From: Marinobacterium sedimentorum
Lineage (GTDB): Bacteria > Pseudomonadota > Gammaproteobacteria > Pseudomonadales > Balneatricaceae
Length of the DNA: 40,000 nucleotides
NCBI RefSeq assembly: GCF_024267675.1
Contig: NZ_JALDYX010000007.1
Location: 142,555 to 182,554 of the forward strand
Reading direction: 5' to 3'
The position numbers and the translations under genes were made by a program. The notes beneath the pieces are model-generated. The model saw only the letters and a list, made by a program, of their open reading frames with translations. It was not told where the DNA came from and did not search any database. Position 1 is the stretch's first letter, and each line of letters opens with the position of its first letter. Shown here in pieces: positions 26,215-35,117 of this stretch.

Positions 26215-27327
26215 ATGACGACAGAGGCACAGCCGTCGGATCTCTATTACGGGGACTACCTGCAGCTCGGGCAACTGCTCGGCGCCCAGGCACCGCTGAG
26301 TCGCCGGCAGGGCAGCGAAGCCCATGACGAGATGCTGTTTATCATAGTGCACCAGGCCTATGAGCTCTGGTTTAGACAGATTCTGCATGAGCTTGATGCC
26401 GTGCTGCGGGCTTTCGGGGAGGCCAGGCTCGATGAACGCCGACTGGCAGGCATCTGCGCCAAGCTGGAACGGATCAGCGTTATTCAGCACCTGCTGGTCG
26501 AGCAGATCGGCGTGATCGAAACCATGACGCCGCAGGATTTTCTGGAATTTCGCGACCTGCTGGTGCCGGCCTCCGGCTTTCAAAGCCTGCAGTTTCGCGC
26601 CATCGAGATAAAGCTCGGGCTGCGCGAGCAGGACCGTACCGCCTTCAGCGCCTGCGCCTTCTATCAGCGTTTCAAGCCCGCCGACGCCCATTACCTGCGC
26701 AGGCTGCAAACTGAGCCCAGCCTGTTCGACCGGGTCGATGCCTGGCTGGCACGCATGCCGTTCTTGCAGGACAAGCACTACGACTTCTGGTCCAGCTATC
26801 GCGACAGTATCGAAGCCAGCCTTGCATCCGACCGGCAGCTGATCGAAACGCACCCGCTGCTCTCTGCCGACGACAAACAGCTACAGCTGGCGCAGCTGAC
26901 ACAAACCCGGCAGCAGTTCGACAGTCTGTTTCTGCCCGAAGCCTACGAGTCACAACGGACACAGGGTCTGGTGCGGCTGTCACACCGCGCCATTCAGGCC
27001 GCGCTCTTTATCTACCTGTACCGTGACGAGCCACTGCTGCAGCAGCCCTTTGGCTTGCTGAAACGTCTGGTGGAAGTGGATGAACAGCTGACCGCCTGGC
27101 GTTATCGCCATGCCCTTATGGTGCAGCGGATGCTCGGCCGCCGTATCGGTACCGGCGGCTCATCGGGGCACGACTACCTGCGCACCAGCGCCGAACGAAC
27201 GCAGATATTTGGCGACTTTTTCAACCTCGCCTCTTACCTGCTGCCCCGCTCCAAACTGGCACCGCTGCCAGCGGAGCTGACCCAGCTGCTGGATTTTCAT
27301 TTCAGCACCCTGCACCGCGATGCCTGA
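26215..27327 (+). CDS. kynA: Tryptophan 2,3-dioxygenase, long (metazoan-like) form
   Basis: [70 protein letters not shown] RBS lies before the ATG at 26215. Length is 370 aa. Confidence 0.9.
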   Translation: [370 protein letters not shown]

Positions 27328-28519
27328 CTCAGGTGCTCGTTATAAAAAATACTACCGTCGCTTCCTGCAGGCCCATCCGGGTCAGCTGCATTTTACCGCC
27401 CACAGTCACCACTACTGGCCGGACGTGACGCGCGAGGCGATGCTGCAATACTGGGACCATGCCGCACTGCAGGTCGATGACAAATGGGCCTCGCTGCACA
27501 GCGACCTGATCCCCCGGCTGCAGCAGCGCATCGGCACACTGCTGGGGTCAAACAGCCCGCGGCAGCTCTGTTTCGCCCCCAGCACACACGAGCTGCTGGT
27601 GCGGCTGCTCTCCTGCCTGGCTCTGAACCGCAAGGTGCAGATTTTGACCTCGACCGCGGAATTTCACAGCTTTTCACGTCAGATTCGCCGACTGGAGGAA
27701 ACCGGCTGGTGCCAGGTCACCCGCATTGCGAGCGAACCCATAGGCGAATTCGCGCCCCGCATGCTGGCCGCGCTGCGCCAGCAACCCTGGGATCTGCTGT
27801 TTTTCAGTCAGGTCTTTTTCGACTCAGGCCTGGTGGTTACCGACCTGGCCGAGATCGCGGCGGCTGCCCCGCGCAGCTGCCTCGTTGCAATCGATGCCTA
27901 CCACGGCTTTGCCGCGCTGCCGTTTGCACCGGGACCGCTGCTGGAGCGCGTGTTTTACCTGGCCGGCGGCTACAAATATGCCCAGGGAGGCGAGGGCTGC
28001 TGTTTCATGCATGTACCGCCCGACTGCAGATTGCGCCCCGCGATCACCGGCTGGTTCGCCGATTTTGAACACCTCGACCAGCCCGGCAGCCGGGTTGACT
28101 ACGCCGCGGACGGCCGCCGCTTCGCCGGTGCCACCTTCGACCCAACCGGCCTTTACCGGCTGGATGCAGTGCTGGGACTCTATGAACGTGAAAGGATTGG
28201 CATCAGTGAACTGCACGCGCATGTCAGCGCCTTGCAGCAACGCTTCCTGGCGGGCCTGGATCAGCCGGTTGCTTGCTTTCAGGGCGGGCGCTGGGTCCAT
28301 GAGGCAGGACGGCCCCACGGCCACTTTCTGACCATTGAACTGCCCGCAGCGGGCGCCGCCGCACTGGTGCAGCAACTGAAACAGCAGGGCATCCACAGCG
28401 ACAGTCGCGGCCAGCGGCTGCGCTTCGGCTTTGGCGCCTATCACGATTACAAGGATATAGACCGGCTTCTAAACTGCCTGCGTACGCTTCCCACAGCGCC
28501 TGTCCCCAAGCCGCGGTGA
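27320..28519 (+). CDS. Kynureninase-like class-V-fold PLP-dependent enzyme (divergent)
   Basis: GGYKYAQGGEG parallels the kynureninase PLP-lysine motif (C)TYKYLNGGPG. ITGWFA and LRFGFG parallel LSGWFGH and MRFGF. It overlaps the kynA stop by 8 nt. Confidence 0.6.
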   Translation: MPDSGARYKKYYRRFLQAHPGQLHFTAHSHHYWPDVTREAMLQYWDHAALQVDDKWASLHSDLIPRLQQRIGTLLGSNSPRQLCFAPSTHELLVRLLSCLALNRKVQILTSTAEFHSFSRQIRRLEETGWCQVTRIASEPIGEFAPRMLAALRQQPWDLLFFSQVFFDSGLVVTDLAEIAAAAPRSCLVAIDAYHGFAALPFAPGPLLERVFYLAGGYKYAQGGEGCCFMHVPPDCRLRPAITGWFADFEHLDQPGSRVDYAADGRRFAGATFDPTGLYRLDAVLGLYERERIGISELHAHVSALQQRFLAGLDQPVACFQGGRWVHEAGRPHGHFLTIELPAAGAAALVQQLKQQGIHSDSRGQRLRFGFGAYHDYKDIDRLLNCLRTLPTAPVPKPR

Positions 28520-28564
28520 CGGGCAGTGGACGCTTAATCCAGGCACCGCTGGCGCACATGGACG

Positions 28565-28599
28565 AAAAAAGGGGGGCTGCCCCTGCGGCCAGCCCCCCC
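28565..28599 (-). terminator. Rho-independent terminator downstream of pntB
   Basis: GGGGGGCTG / CAGCCCCCC stem. On the minus strand it is followed by TTTTTT. It sits 20 nt after the pntB stop, and also 50 nt after the convergent kynureninase-like gene. Confidence 0.8.
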
Positions 28600-28618
28600 T
28601 GCGTTAACAGCACCGACT

Positions 28619-30013
28619 TCAGATCGACTCGTTCACCGCCGCCGTCAGTTCCATGATGGCTTTCTTGCCATCCCCAAACAGCATCAGACAGTTGTCCCGG
28701 GCAAATAAAGGATTGGGCAGGCCTGCGAAGCCCGGGCTCAGGCTGCGCTTGACCACCACCACGGTGCGCGCCTTGTCAACGTTGAGGATCGGCATGCCGT
28801 AAATCGGGCTGCCCTTGTCCTCCCGTGCCATGGGATTGGTGACGTCATTGGCACCTATCACTATGGCCACATCCGTCTGCTCGAACAGCGCATTGACCTC
28901 TTCCATGGGCTGCATCTTGTCGTAGGCCACCTCGGCTTCGGCCAGCAGTACATTCATGTGTCCCGGCATGCGCCCCGCCACCGGATGCAGGCCGTAGATC
29001 ACCTCTATGCCACGACGTTCCAGCGAGTCGGCCAGATCCCGCACCGCGTGCTGGGCCTGGGCCATGGCCAGACCAAAGCCTGGCACTATCACCACCCGGC
29101 GGGCGCTCTCTAACAGCATGCCCACTTCCTCGGGCGAGGACGACTTCACCTTGCCGGCATAGACTTCATCCGCATCCATCACAGGCCCGCCGGCCTCCCC
29201 CATGGAGCCGAACAGCACACCGGCCAGCGACCGGTTCATGGCCACGCACATGATACGGGTCAGGATAATGCCCGACGCCCCCACCAGGGCGCCGGACACC
29301 ACCAGCACGCTGTTGCCCATGATAAAGCCCGCTGCCGCTGCCGCCAGCCCCGAATAGGAGTTAAGCAGCGCTATCACCACCGGCATGTCGGCACCGCCAA
29401 TGGGCATGACCAGGGTTACCCCCAGCACCAGCGCCAGCACGCTGAGCAGTATCAGGATGCCGCTGTCGCCGCTGCCGCTGATGAGTGAGCCCGCCAGTGC
29501 CAGCACCGCCACAAAGAGCAGCAGATTAAAGCCACGGATACCCCGAAAGCCCAGCGGCCGGCCCGGCAGCAGTTCCTGCAGCTTGGCAAAGGCCACGGCA
29601 CTGCCGGTCAGGGTCACGGCGCCGATCAGCAGCGTCACGCAGATGGCCACCAGCGCCACCAGCCCCTGCAGGCCTTCTGTTTCCGCCAGGCCCAGAAAGC
29701 TCGCCGCCGCCACACAGAGGGAGGCTCCGCCACCAAAGCCGTTGAGCAGCGCCACCATCTGCGGCATCGCCGTCATCTGGATACGGGTCGCCAGCACAGT
29801 ACCGATCAGCGAGCCCAGCACCACGCCGCCCAGTATCCACTCATAGGACAGGATCGACTTGTCCAGCAGGGTGACCACCACCGCCACCAGCATGCCGATG
29901 GCGGCCATCTGGTTACCGCGCACCGCGGTGCGCGGCCGGGTCAGTCCCTTGATACCCCCGACGAACAGCATCGCCGCCAGCAGGTAGAAACCATCAACCA
30001 GGAACAGATTCAT
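28619..30013 (-). CDS. pntB: NAD(P) transhydrogenase subunit beta
   Basis: 464 aa. The N-terminal membrane domain and C-terminal NADP(H)-binding dIII (GANDVTNP, YGMPIL) are typical of PntB. Confidence 0.93.
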   Translation of the reverse strand: MNLFLVDGFYLLAAMLFVGGIKGLTRPRTAVRGNQMAAIGMLVAVVVTLLDKSILSYEWILGGVVLGSLIGTVLATRIQMTAMPQMVALLNGFGGGASLCVAAASFLGLAETEGLQGLVALVAICVTLLIGAVTLTGSAVAFAKLQELLPGRPLGFRGIRGFNLLLFVAVLALAGSLISGSGDSGILILLSVLALVLGVTLVMPIGGADMPVVIALLNSYSGLAAAAAGFIMGNSVLVVSGALVGASGIILTRIMCVAMNRSLAGVLFGSMGEAGGPVMDADEVYAGKVKSSSPEEVGMLLESARRVVIVPGFGLAMAQAQHAVRDLADSLERRGIEVIYGLHPVAGRMPGHMNVLLAEAEVAYDKMQPMEEVNALFEQTDVAIVIGANDVTNPMAREDKGSPIYGMPILNVDKARTVVVVKRSLSPGFAGLPNPLFARDNCLMLFGDGKKAIMELTAAVNESI

Positions 30014-30335
30014 GACTCACACCTCCCTTGGCGGCAGTTGGGGTAGAGACTTTGCGGGGCCTGAACATGCGCAACATGCGGTTCGTCACCAGGAATCCCC
30101 CCACGACATTGATTGTCGCCAGGGTCACGGCGATCATCCCGAGCACCGGCACCCAGAGGCCGGCACCATCGCCTGCGCCCGCTGCCAGCAACGCGCCCAC
30201 CAGGGTGATGCCGGAAATGGCATTGCTGCCGGACATCAAGGGCGTGTGCAGGGTCGCCGGCACCTTGGTGATGAGCTCGACGCCCAGAAACACCGCCAGC
30301 ACGAAGAGTGAAATTTGCAGTATCAGGATTTCCAT
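29994..30335 (-). CDS. pntAB: NAD(P) transhydrogenase subunit alpha, part 2 (membrane)
   Basis: About 110 aa with 3 TM helices. LHTPLMSGSNAISGI motif. Its start shares a TGATG junction with the pntAA stop. Confidence 0.85.
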   Translation of the reverse strand: MEILILQISLFVLAVFLGVELITKVPATLHTPLMSGSNAISGITLVGALLAAGAGDGAGLWVPVLGMIAVTLATINVVGGFLVTNRMLRMFRPRKVSTPTAAKGGVSHESVPG

Positions 30336-31498
30336 CAGGCCACCTCCTCCAGCGCCCGTACACCCAGGCCCAGGCGCTCACGAATGCGCCCGGCACAGAT
30401 CTCGCCCTGGTGAGTCACCAGGGTGTCGGCGACGATTTCATCGTCAAAATCCAGCTGCAGCCGGGCCTCGTCATCCAGCAGGTGCAGCAGCAGATTTTCG
30501 ATATTGCGGCCGTGCATCTGGCTGGCATGCAGGGGCACGCTGGCCGCCAGGTTCAGCGGCCCCATGATGGTCACGCCATGCTCCTGCCGTGTTTCACCTG
30601 CCCGTGTCAGCTCGCAGTTGCCACCGCGCTCCGCCGCCAGATCCACGATCACGGCCCCTGGCTTCATCGCCACCACCATCTCGGCGCTGATCAGCACAGG
30701 TGCGCGGCTGCCGGGAATGGCGGCCGTGGTAATGACGATATCCTGCTGCGCCAGTACGGCGGTCATCTGCTCGCGCTGGCGCGCCAGGAAATCCGCCCCC
30801 TGTTCGGCGGCATAACCGCCCTGGCCTTCGGCCGCCTCGGTGGGCAGATCCAGCTCGATGGGCCTCGCCCCCACAGAGATGATCTGCTCCCGTGCCGCCG
30901 GGCGCACATCGTAGGCTTCCACCACGGCGCCCAGGCGCTTGGCGGTGGCCGCCGCCTGCAACCCGGCAACACCGGCCCCCATAATAAAGACGCGGGCCGG
31001 ATTCAGGGTGCCGGCGGCGGTCATCATCATCGGGAAGATACGCGGCGCTGCCTCGGCCGCCATCAGCACCGCCTTGTAACCGGCGATGGTGGCGATGGAC
31101 GACAGCACATCCATGCTCTGGGCACGGCTGATGCGCGGCACCAGCTCCAGCGCCAGCAACGACAGCCCGCGCTCGGCCAGGCCTTCGAAACGCGCCGTAT
31201 CGCTCAGCGGATCCATCAGCGCAATGCACAGCTGGCCGGCACTGAGCCCCTCGAGATCCTCGTTGCGACTGGCATTGACGCACAGCAGCAGCTCGCTGCC
31301 GGTGATGGCCTCGCCCCGTGACGCCGCTATGGCGGCGCCGGCATCAACATAGAGCCCATCGGCAAAGCCTGCCAGCAGGCCTGCGCCAGACTCGACCCGA
31401 ATCTCACAGCCGCGGGCACAGAGCGCCGCAACATTGGCCGGCGTCAGCGCAACGCGCCGCTCGCCGGGGTACAGATCCCTGAGTACAGATAATTTCAT
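30335..31498 (-). CDS. pntAA: NAD(P) transhydrogenase subunit alpha, part 1 (NAD(H)-binding dI)
   Basis: Alanine-dehydrogenase-like fold with the Rossmann motif VFIMGAGVAGLQA. GGAG RBS. Confidence 0.92.
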   Translation of the reverse strand: MKLSVLRDLYPGERRVALTPANVAALCARGCEIRVESGAGLLAGFADGLYVDAGAAIAASRGEAITGSELLLCVNASRNEDLEGLSAGQLCIALMDPLSDTARFEGLAERGLSLLALELVPRISRAQSMDVLSSIATIAGYKAVLMAAEAAPRIFPMMMTAAGTLNPARVFIMGAGVAGLQAAATAKRLGAVVEAYDVRPAAREQIISVGARPIELDLPTEAAEGQGGYAAEQGADFLARQREQMTAVLAQQDIVITTAAIPGSRAPVLISAEMVVAMKPGAVIVDLAAERGGNCELTRAGETRQEHGVTIMGPLNLAASVPLHASQMHGRNIENLLLHLLDDEARLQLDFDDEIVADTLVTHQGEICAGRIRERLGLGVRALEEVA

Positions 31499-31635
31499 TA
31501 TTTTTCTCCTGTACGATTGAATAAATCAACAATTAAACAGCGGACGCCATTTTATTTAATGGCGATTTTAAACTCACCGACGGTCAAACCCGGGATATTA
31601 AGCTTCAGCATTAAGAAACAATAAACTGCAGACCC

Positions 31636-31714
31636 TAGGCTGGGTAAATCGCGCAGCGATGTACCCAACATTCATGGCTGATGCGTAGGCTGCGCTTTAC
31701 CCATCCAACATTCC
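31636..31714. repeat. Two direct copies of a REP-like element (second copy internally deleted)
   Basis: TAGGCTGGGTAAATCGCGCAGCGATGTACCCAACATTC (hairpin TGGGTA..TACCCA with an inner ATCGC/GCGAT pair), then GTAGGCTGCGCTTTACCCATCCAACATTC. Confidence 0.6.
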
Positions 31715-31874
31715 AACACCTTTGAACCAGAATCGAGTAGCGTTAATATCGAGCAGCCATATCAGACCTGCGCGATAATAAAAACTTTTCTGAGGCTGGT
31801 TATTTTAACGCTTTAGTTTTAGAGCTTGATTTAAATAGCGACTTTATCTTCAAAAGAAAGATTTTCAAATTTCA

Positions 31875-31910
31875 CTTTAAAAGAACAACCCGGCACTTTC
31901 ATGCCGGGTT
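31875..31910 (-). terminator. Rho-independent terminator downstream of the carbamoylase gene
   Basis: 9-bp stem AACCCGGCA / TGCCGGGTT. On the minus strand it is followed by GTTCTTTTAAA. It sits 16 nt after the stop. Confidence 0.65.
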
Positions 31911-31925
31911 ATTCAAGGACCCGGT

Positions 31926-33158
31926 TCAGTCGTTGGCGCGTTCCAGTACCGCCTGCAGCAGCACATTGCATCCCGCCGCCAGATCTTCTGCCTTGGCGTT
32001 TTCCGCCTCGTTGTGGCTGATGCCGTTTTCGCAGGGCACGAAGACCATCGATGTCGGCGCCACACGGGAGATATAGCAGGCATCGTGGCCGGCGCCACTG
32101 ACGATATCGCGGTGACTGTAGCCGAAGGCTTCGGCCGCCTGGCGTACCGAGTTTACACAGGCGGTATCAAAGGGCACCGGTGGCGAATACCAGATCTGCT
32201 CGAACTTCATTTCGAGCCCCAGTTCGCCCGACACCCGATCCGCAATTTCGCGCAGCTCCTGGTCCATTCTGGCCAGTACCTTGGCATCCGGGTGACGGAA
32301 GTCCACCGTAAAGAACACCTGGCCCGGAATCACGTTACGCGAGTTCGGGAACACCTGCACCAGACCGACGGTGGCACAGGCGTTGGGCTGGTGATCCATG
32401 CCAATACGGTTCACCGTATCGATCAGGCGAGCAGCCCCCACCAGGGCATCGCGGCGCCGTGTCATGGGGGTTGGGCCGGCGTGGGACTCCTGCCCGGTAA
32501 GGGTGATTTCGTACCAGCGCTGCCCCTGGGCATCGGTCACCACGCCGATCTGCTTGTCTTCATCCTCCAGAATCGGGCCCTGTTCGATATGAGCCTCGAA
32601 GAAGGCCTTGAAGGGGCGGCCACCCACTTCGTCGGGGCCGGCATAGCCAATGCGCTCCAGCTCCTGGCCCATGGTCTTGCCATCCAGGTCCGCCCGGCTG
32701 AGGCCATACTCCAGATCGAAGACGCCGGCAAAGACACCCGATGCCACCATGGCCGGCGGAAAGCGCGAGCCTTCCTCGTTGGTCCAGACCGAGGCCTCGA
32801 TGGGCGCGCGGGTTTCAATACCCTGGTCATTCAGGCTGCGAATCACCTCCAGCCCCGACAGCACGCCGTAGATACCGTCGAACTTGCCACCCGTGGGCTG
32901 GGTATCCAGATGGCTGCCCATGACCACCGGCGGCAGGGAATCGTCCTGGCCTGCGCGACGGGCGAAGATATTGCCCATTTTGTCGATGCGAATGCTGCAG
33001 CCGGCGTCCTTGCACCAGCTTACAAAAAGATCACGCCCCTGCTTGTCCAGATCTGTCAGCGCCAGGCGGCAGACGCCGCCTTTTTCGGTGCCGCCGATCT
33101 CGCCCATCTGCATCAGGCTGTCCCACAGGCGCTGCTGATTAACGGTAATCTTCTGCAT
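31926..33158 (-). CDS. M20-family Zn amidohydrolase: N-carbamoyl-amino-acid / beta-ureidopropionase (allantoate amidohydrolase family)
   Basis: VVMGSHLDTQPTGGKFDGIYGVLSGLE metal-binding motif and WTNEEGSRF. Length is 410 aa, typical of the AmaB/HyuC/PydC (M20) type. Confidence 0.88.
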   Translation of the reverse strand: MQKITVNQQRLWDSLMQMGEIGGTEKGGVCRLALTDLDKQGRDLFVSWCKDAGCSIRIDKMGNIFARRAGQDDSLPPVVMGSHLDTQPTGGKFDGIYGVLSGLEVIRSLNDQGIETRAPIEASVWTNEEGSRFPPAMVASGVFAGVFDLEYGLSRADLDGKTMGQELERIGYAGPDEVGGRPFKAFFEAHIEQGPILEDEDKQIGVVTDAQGQRWYEITLTGQESHAGPTPMTRRRDALVGAARLIDTVNRIGMDHQPNACATVGLVQVFPNSRNVIPGQVFFTVDFRHPDAKVLARMDQELREIADRVSGELGLEMKFEQIWYSPPVPFDTACVNSVRQAAEAFGYSHRDIVSGAGHDACYISRVAPTSMVFVPCENGISHNEAENAKAEDLAAGCNVLLQAVLERAND

Positions 33159-33227
33159 GATTAGACTCTCTCACTCAGACTTTTCAATTCCAAACTATCC
33201 GCACCCGCAAGGCTCAGCGAATGCAGT

Positions 33228-33251
33228 AAAAAAGGGGCAGCGCACTGCCCC
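33228..33251 (-). terminator. Rho-independent terminator downstream of the LLM oxidoreductase gene
   Basis: GGGGCAG / CTGCCCC stem. On the minus strand it is followed by TTTTTT. A second hairpin (TATTAACC/GGTTAATA, 33254-33275) precedes it. Confidence 0.75.
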
Positions 33252-33299
33252 GCTATTATTAACCCGACTGGTTAATAGCGACCTTTTAAAAGCCAGTTT

Positions 33300-34310
33300 T
33301 TAACCCTTGAAATGCGGGATAATATGCTCGCCGTACTGGGCGATAATATTTTCCTCGTCACCGTTATCCAGGTAGATATTGAACTGGGTCGTGCCTGCTT
33401 CCTTCAAATGGTTCAGTTTGGCGATATGCTGTTCGGCCTCACCCAGCACGCAGAAACTTTCAACGATTTCCGGCGTGATGAAATCCAGGTAGGGGTTATC
33501 GCTCTGGCCATGCTTGGAATAGTCGTAGCCTTTGCGCTTCTCGATATAATCGGTCAGGCTCTTGGGCACCAGGCCACTGTCGGTACCGTACTTCTCGACG
33601 ATATCGGCCACATGGTTACCCACCATGGCCGGGAACCACTTGGTGGACTCAACACAGCTGGCCCTGTCGCCGAAATAGGCCGGTGCTGCGGCAATGACCT
33701 TGAAGTTGGACATGTCACGGCCGGCTTCCACGCCGGCAGCGATGGCCTGATCCGCCAGCCACTTGACCAGGGCAGGCTCACCGATCTGCAGAATCACGCC
33801 ATCACCCACCTCCCCTGCGGTTTTCAGCGCCATCGGGCCGTATGCACCTATGTGTACGGGCAGTTCGTAGCCCTCAGCCCAGGGGAACTGCACCGGTTCC
33901 GGGCATTCGCCGTACATCACTTCCTCACCACGCACCATGGCTTTCACCTTGGTGGTGAACTCGGCCACACGGGCCAGGGTGGCGGGCTTCTTGCCCATGA
34001 CACGTACCGAGCTGTCGCCGCGCCCCAGACCCACTTCAAAGCGGCCACCGCTCTGCTTGGCCAGGCTGCCAAAGAGGCTGGCTGCCAGCGACCAGTCACG
34101 GGCATTGGGGTTGGTCACGCAGGGGGCGAACTTGATGCGCGAGGTATGTTCCATGCACATGGCGATGGCCGGGTAGCATTCGCGCCACAGGATATGGGAG
34201 TCGTAGAACCAGCAGTAGTCAAAGCCGGCGTCCTCGGCCTGTTTCACCAGTTTACGGGCACGGTCGTGGCTGACAAAACCTTTAAAGCAGATACCAAATT
34301 CCATAGTCAC
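33300..34310 (-). CDS. Luciferase-like (LLM) oxidoreductase, predicted F420-dependent
   Basis: TIM-barrel LLM features (FGICF.., FDYCWFYDSH, FEVGLGRGDS). It has Mer/Fgd-like length (about 335 aa) and lies immediately downstream of npdG and the cof genes. I recall similarity to the TIGRFAMs CPS_4043 family, but this is unverified. Confidence 0.78.
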   Translation of the reverse strand: MTMEFGICFKGFVSHDRARKLVKQAEDAGFDYCWFYDSHILWRECYPAIAMCMEHTSRIKFAPCVTNPNARDWSLAASLFGSLAKQSGGRFEVGLGRGDSSVRVMGKKPATLARVAEFTTKVKAMVRGEEVMYGECPEPVQFPWAEGYELPVHIGAYGPMALKTAGEVGDGVILQIGEPALVKWLADQAIAAGVEAGRDMSNFKVIAAAPAYFGDRASCVESTKWFPAMVGNHVADIVEKYGTDSGLVPKSLTDYIEKRKGYDYSKHGQSDNPYLDFITPEIVESFCVLGEAEQHIAKLNHLKEAGTTQFNIYLDNGDEENIIAQYGEHIIPHFKG

Positions 34311-34344
34311 TCTCCTGAGTCTTTGTTTTTATTGCAGAAAAAAA

Positions 34345-35016
34345 TTAATGCGCGTCGGGTGGGCAGATGCGAATACCGGCGTGGCTAAAGGGCACTTTCT
34401 TGGAAATATTCAGGCGGATCAGAATGGGCGTGATGGCCTCGATGCAGCGGGCGCTTTCGGCCGGGCCGCAGTTGTAGGCAGCGACATCCAGCTTGCGAAT
34501 CAGCTCGATGACCTTTTCCTTGGCTGCCAGATCATTGCCACACACCAGCACATCGCAGTTGATGCTGTGGTCCAGATCATTCAGTACCGTGGCCGAAACG
34601 TTATGCAGCGCGCCCACCACCGGGATGCTGTCCCCCAGCAGCGCCTGGGCCGCTTCAGTGGCAGAACCCGCCGCCGGCATGTCCACGCGCTTGGGGTCTC
34701 CCTGGGCCAGGGGCACGGCAATGTCGATCAGCACCTTGGCCACCAGCAAATCCCTGATGGACTCAAGCGTGGCGTCATGGGCACTGTAAGGCACCGCCAG
34801 AATCACCAGCTCATCGGCCTGCGCCACCGCTGTGCGGATATCATGGCCGCTGATCCTGGCCGCGGCAGGGCTCAGCAGGGCGCCAAGTTCTGCCGCCGCA
34901 TCCGCCGCACGGGCCGCGTCACGCGAGCCAATCGCCACCTCGATACCGGCACGGGCAAAGCGCAGTGCCAGACCCCGGCCCTGGGGACCGGTACCACCCA
35001 GAATGGATATTTTCAT
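34345..35016 (-). CDS. npdG: NADPH-dependent F420 reductase (F420H2:NADP+ oxidoreductase)
   Basis: The N-terminus [33 protein letters not shown] is the hallmark NpdG/Fno Rossmann segment. Length is 223 aa. Confidence 0.85.
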   Translation of the reverse strand: MKISILGGTGPQGRGLALRFARAGIEVAIGSRDAARAADAAAELGALLSPAAARISGHDIRTAVAQADELVILAVPYSAHDATLESIRDLLVAKVLIDIAVPLAQGDPKRVDMPAAGSATEAAQALLGDSIPVVGALHNVSATVLNDLDHSINCDVLVCGNDLAAKEKVIELIRKLDVAAYNCGPAESARCIEAITPILIRLNISKKVPFSHAGIRICPPDAH

Positions 35017-35117
35017 CGAAACCCTTCCTCTTGTTCTTTTTGGTTCAAGTTGCTATCGGTTGAGCTTTTTTCGTTTCAAGCAGCAGTCGCTGCGGCCCAC
35101 CAGGCCCACAGCGGGGT

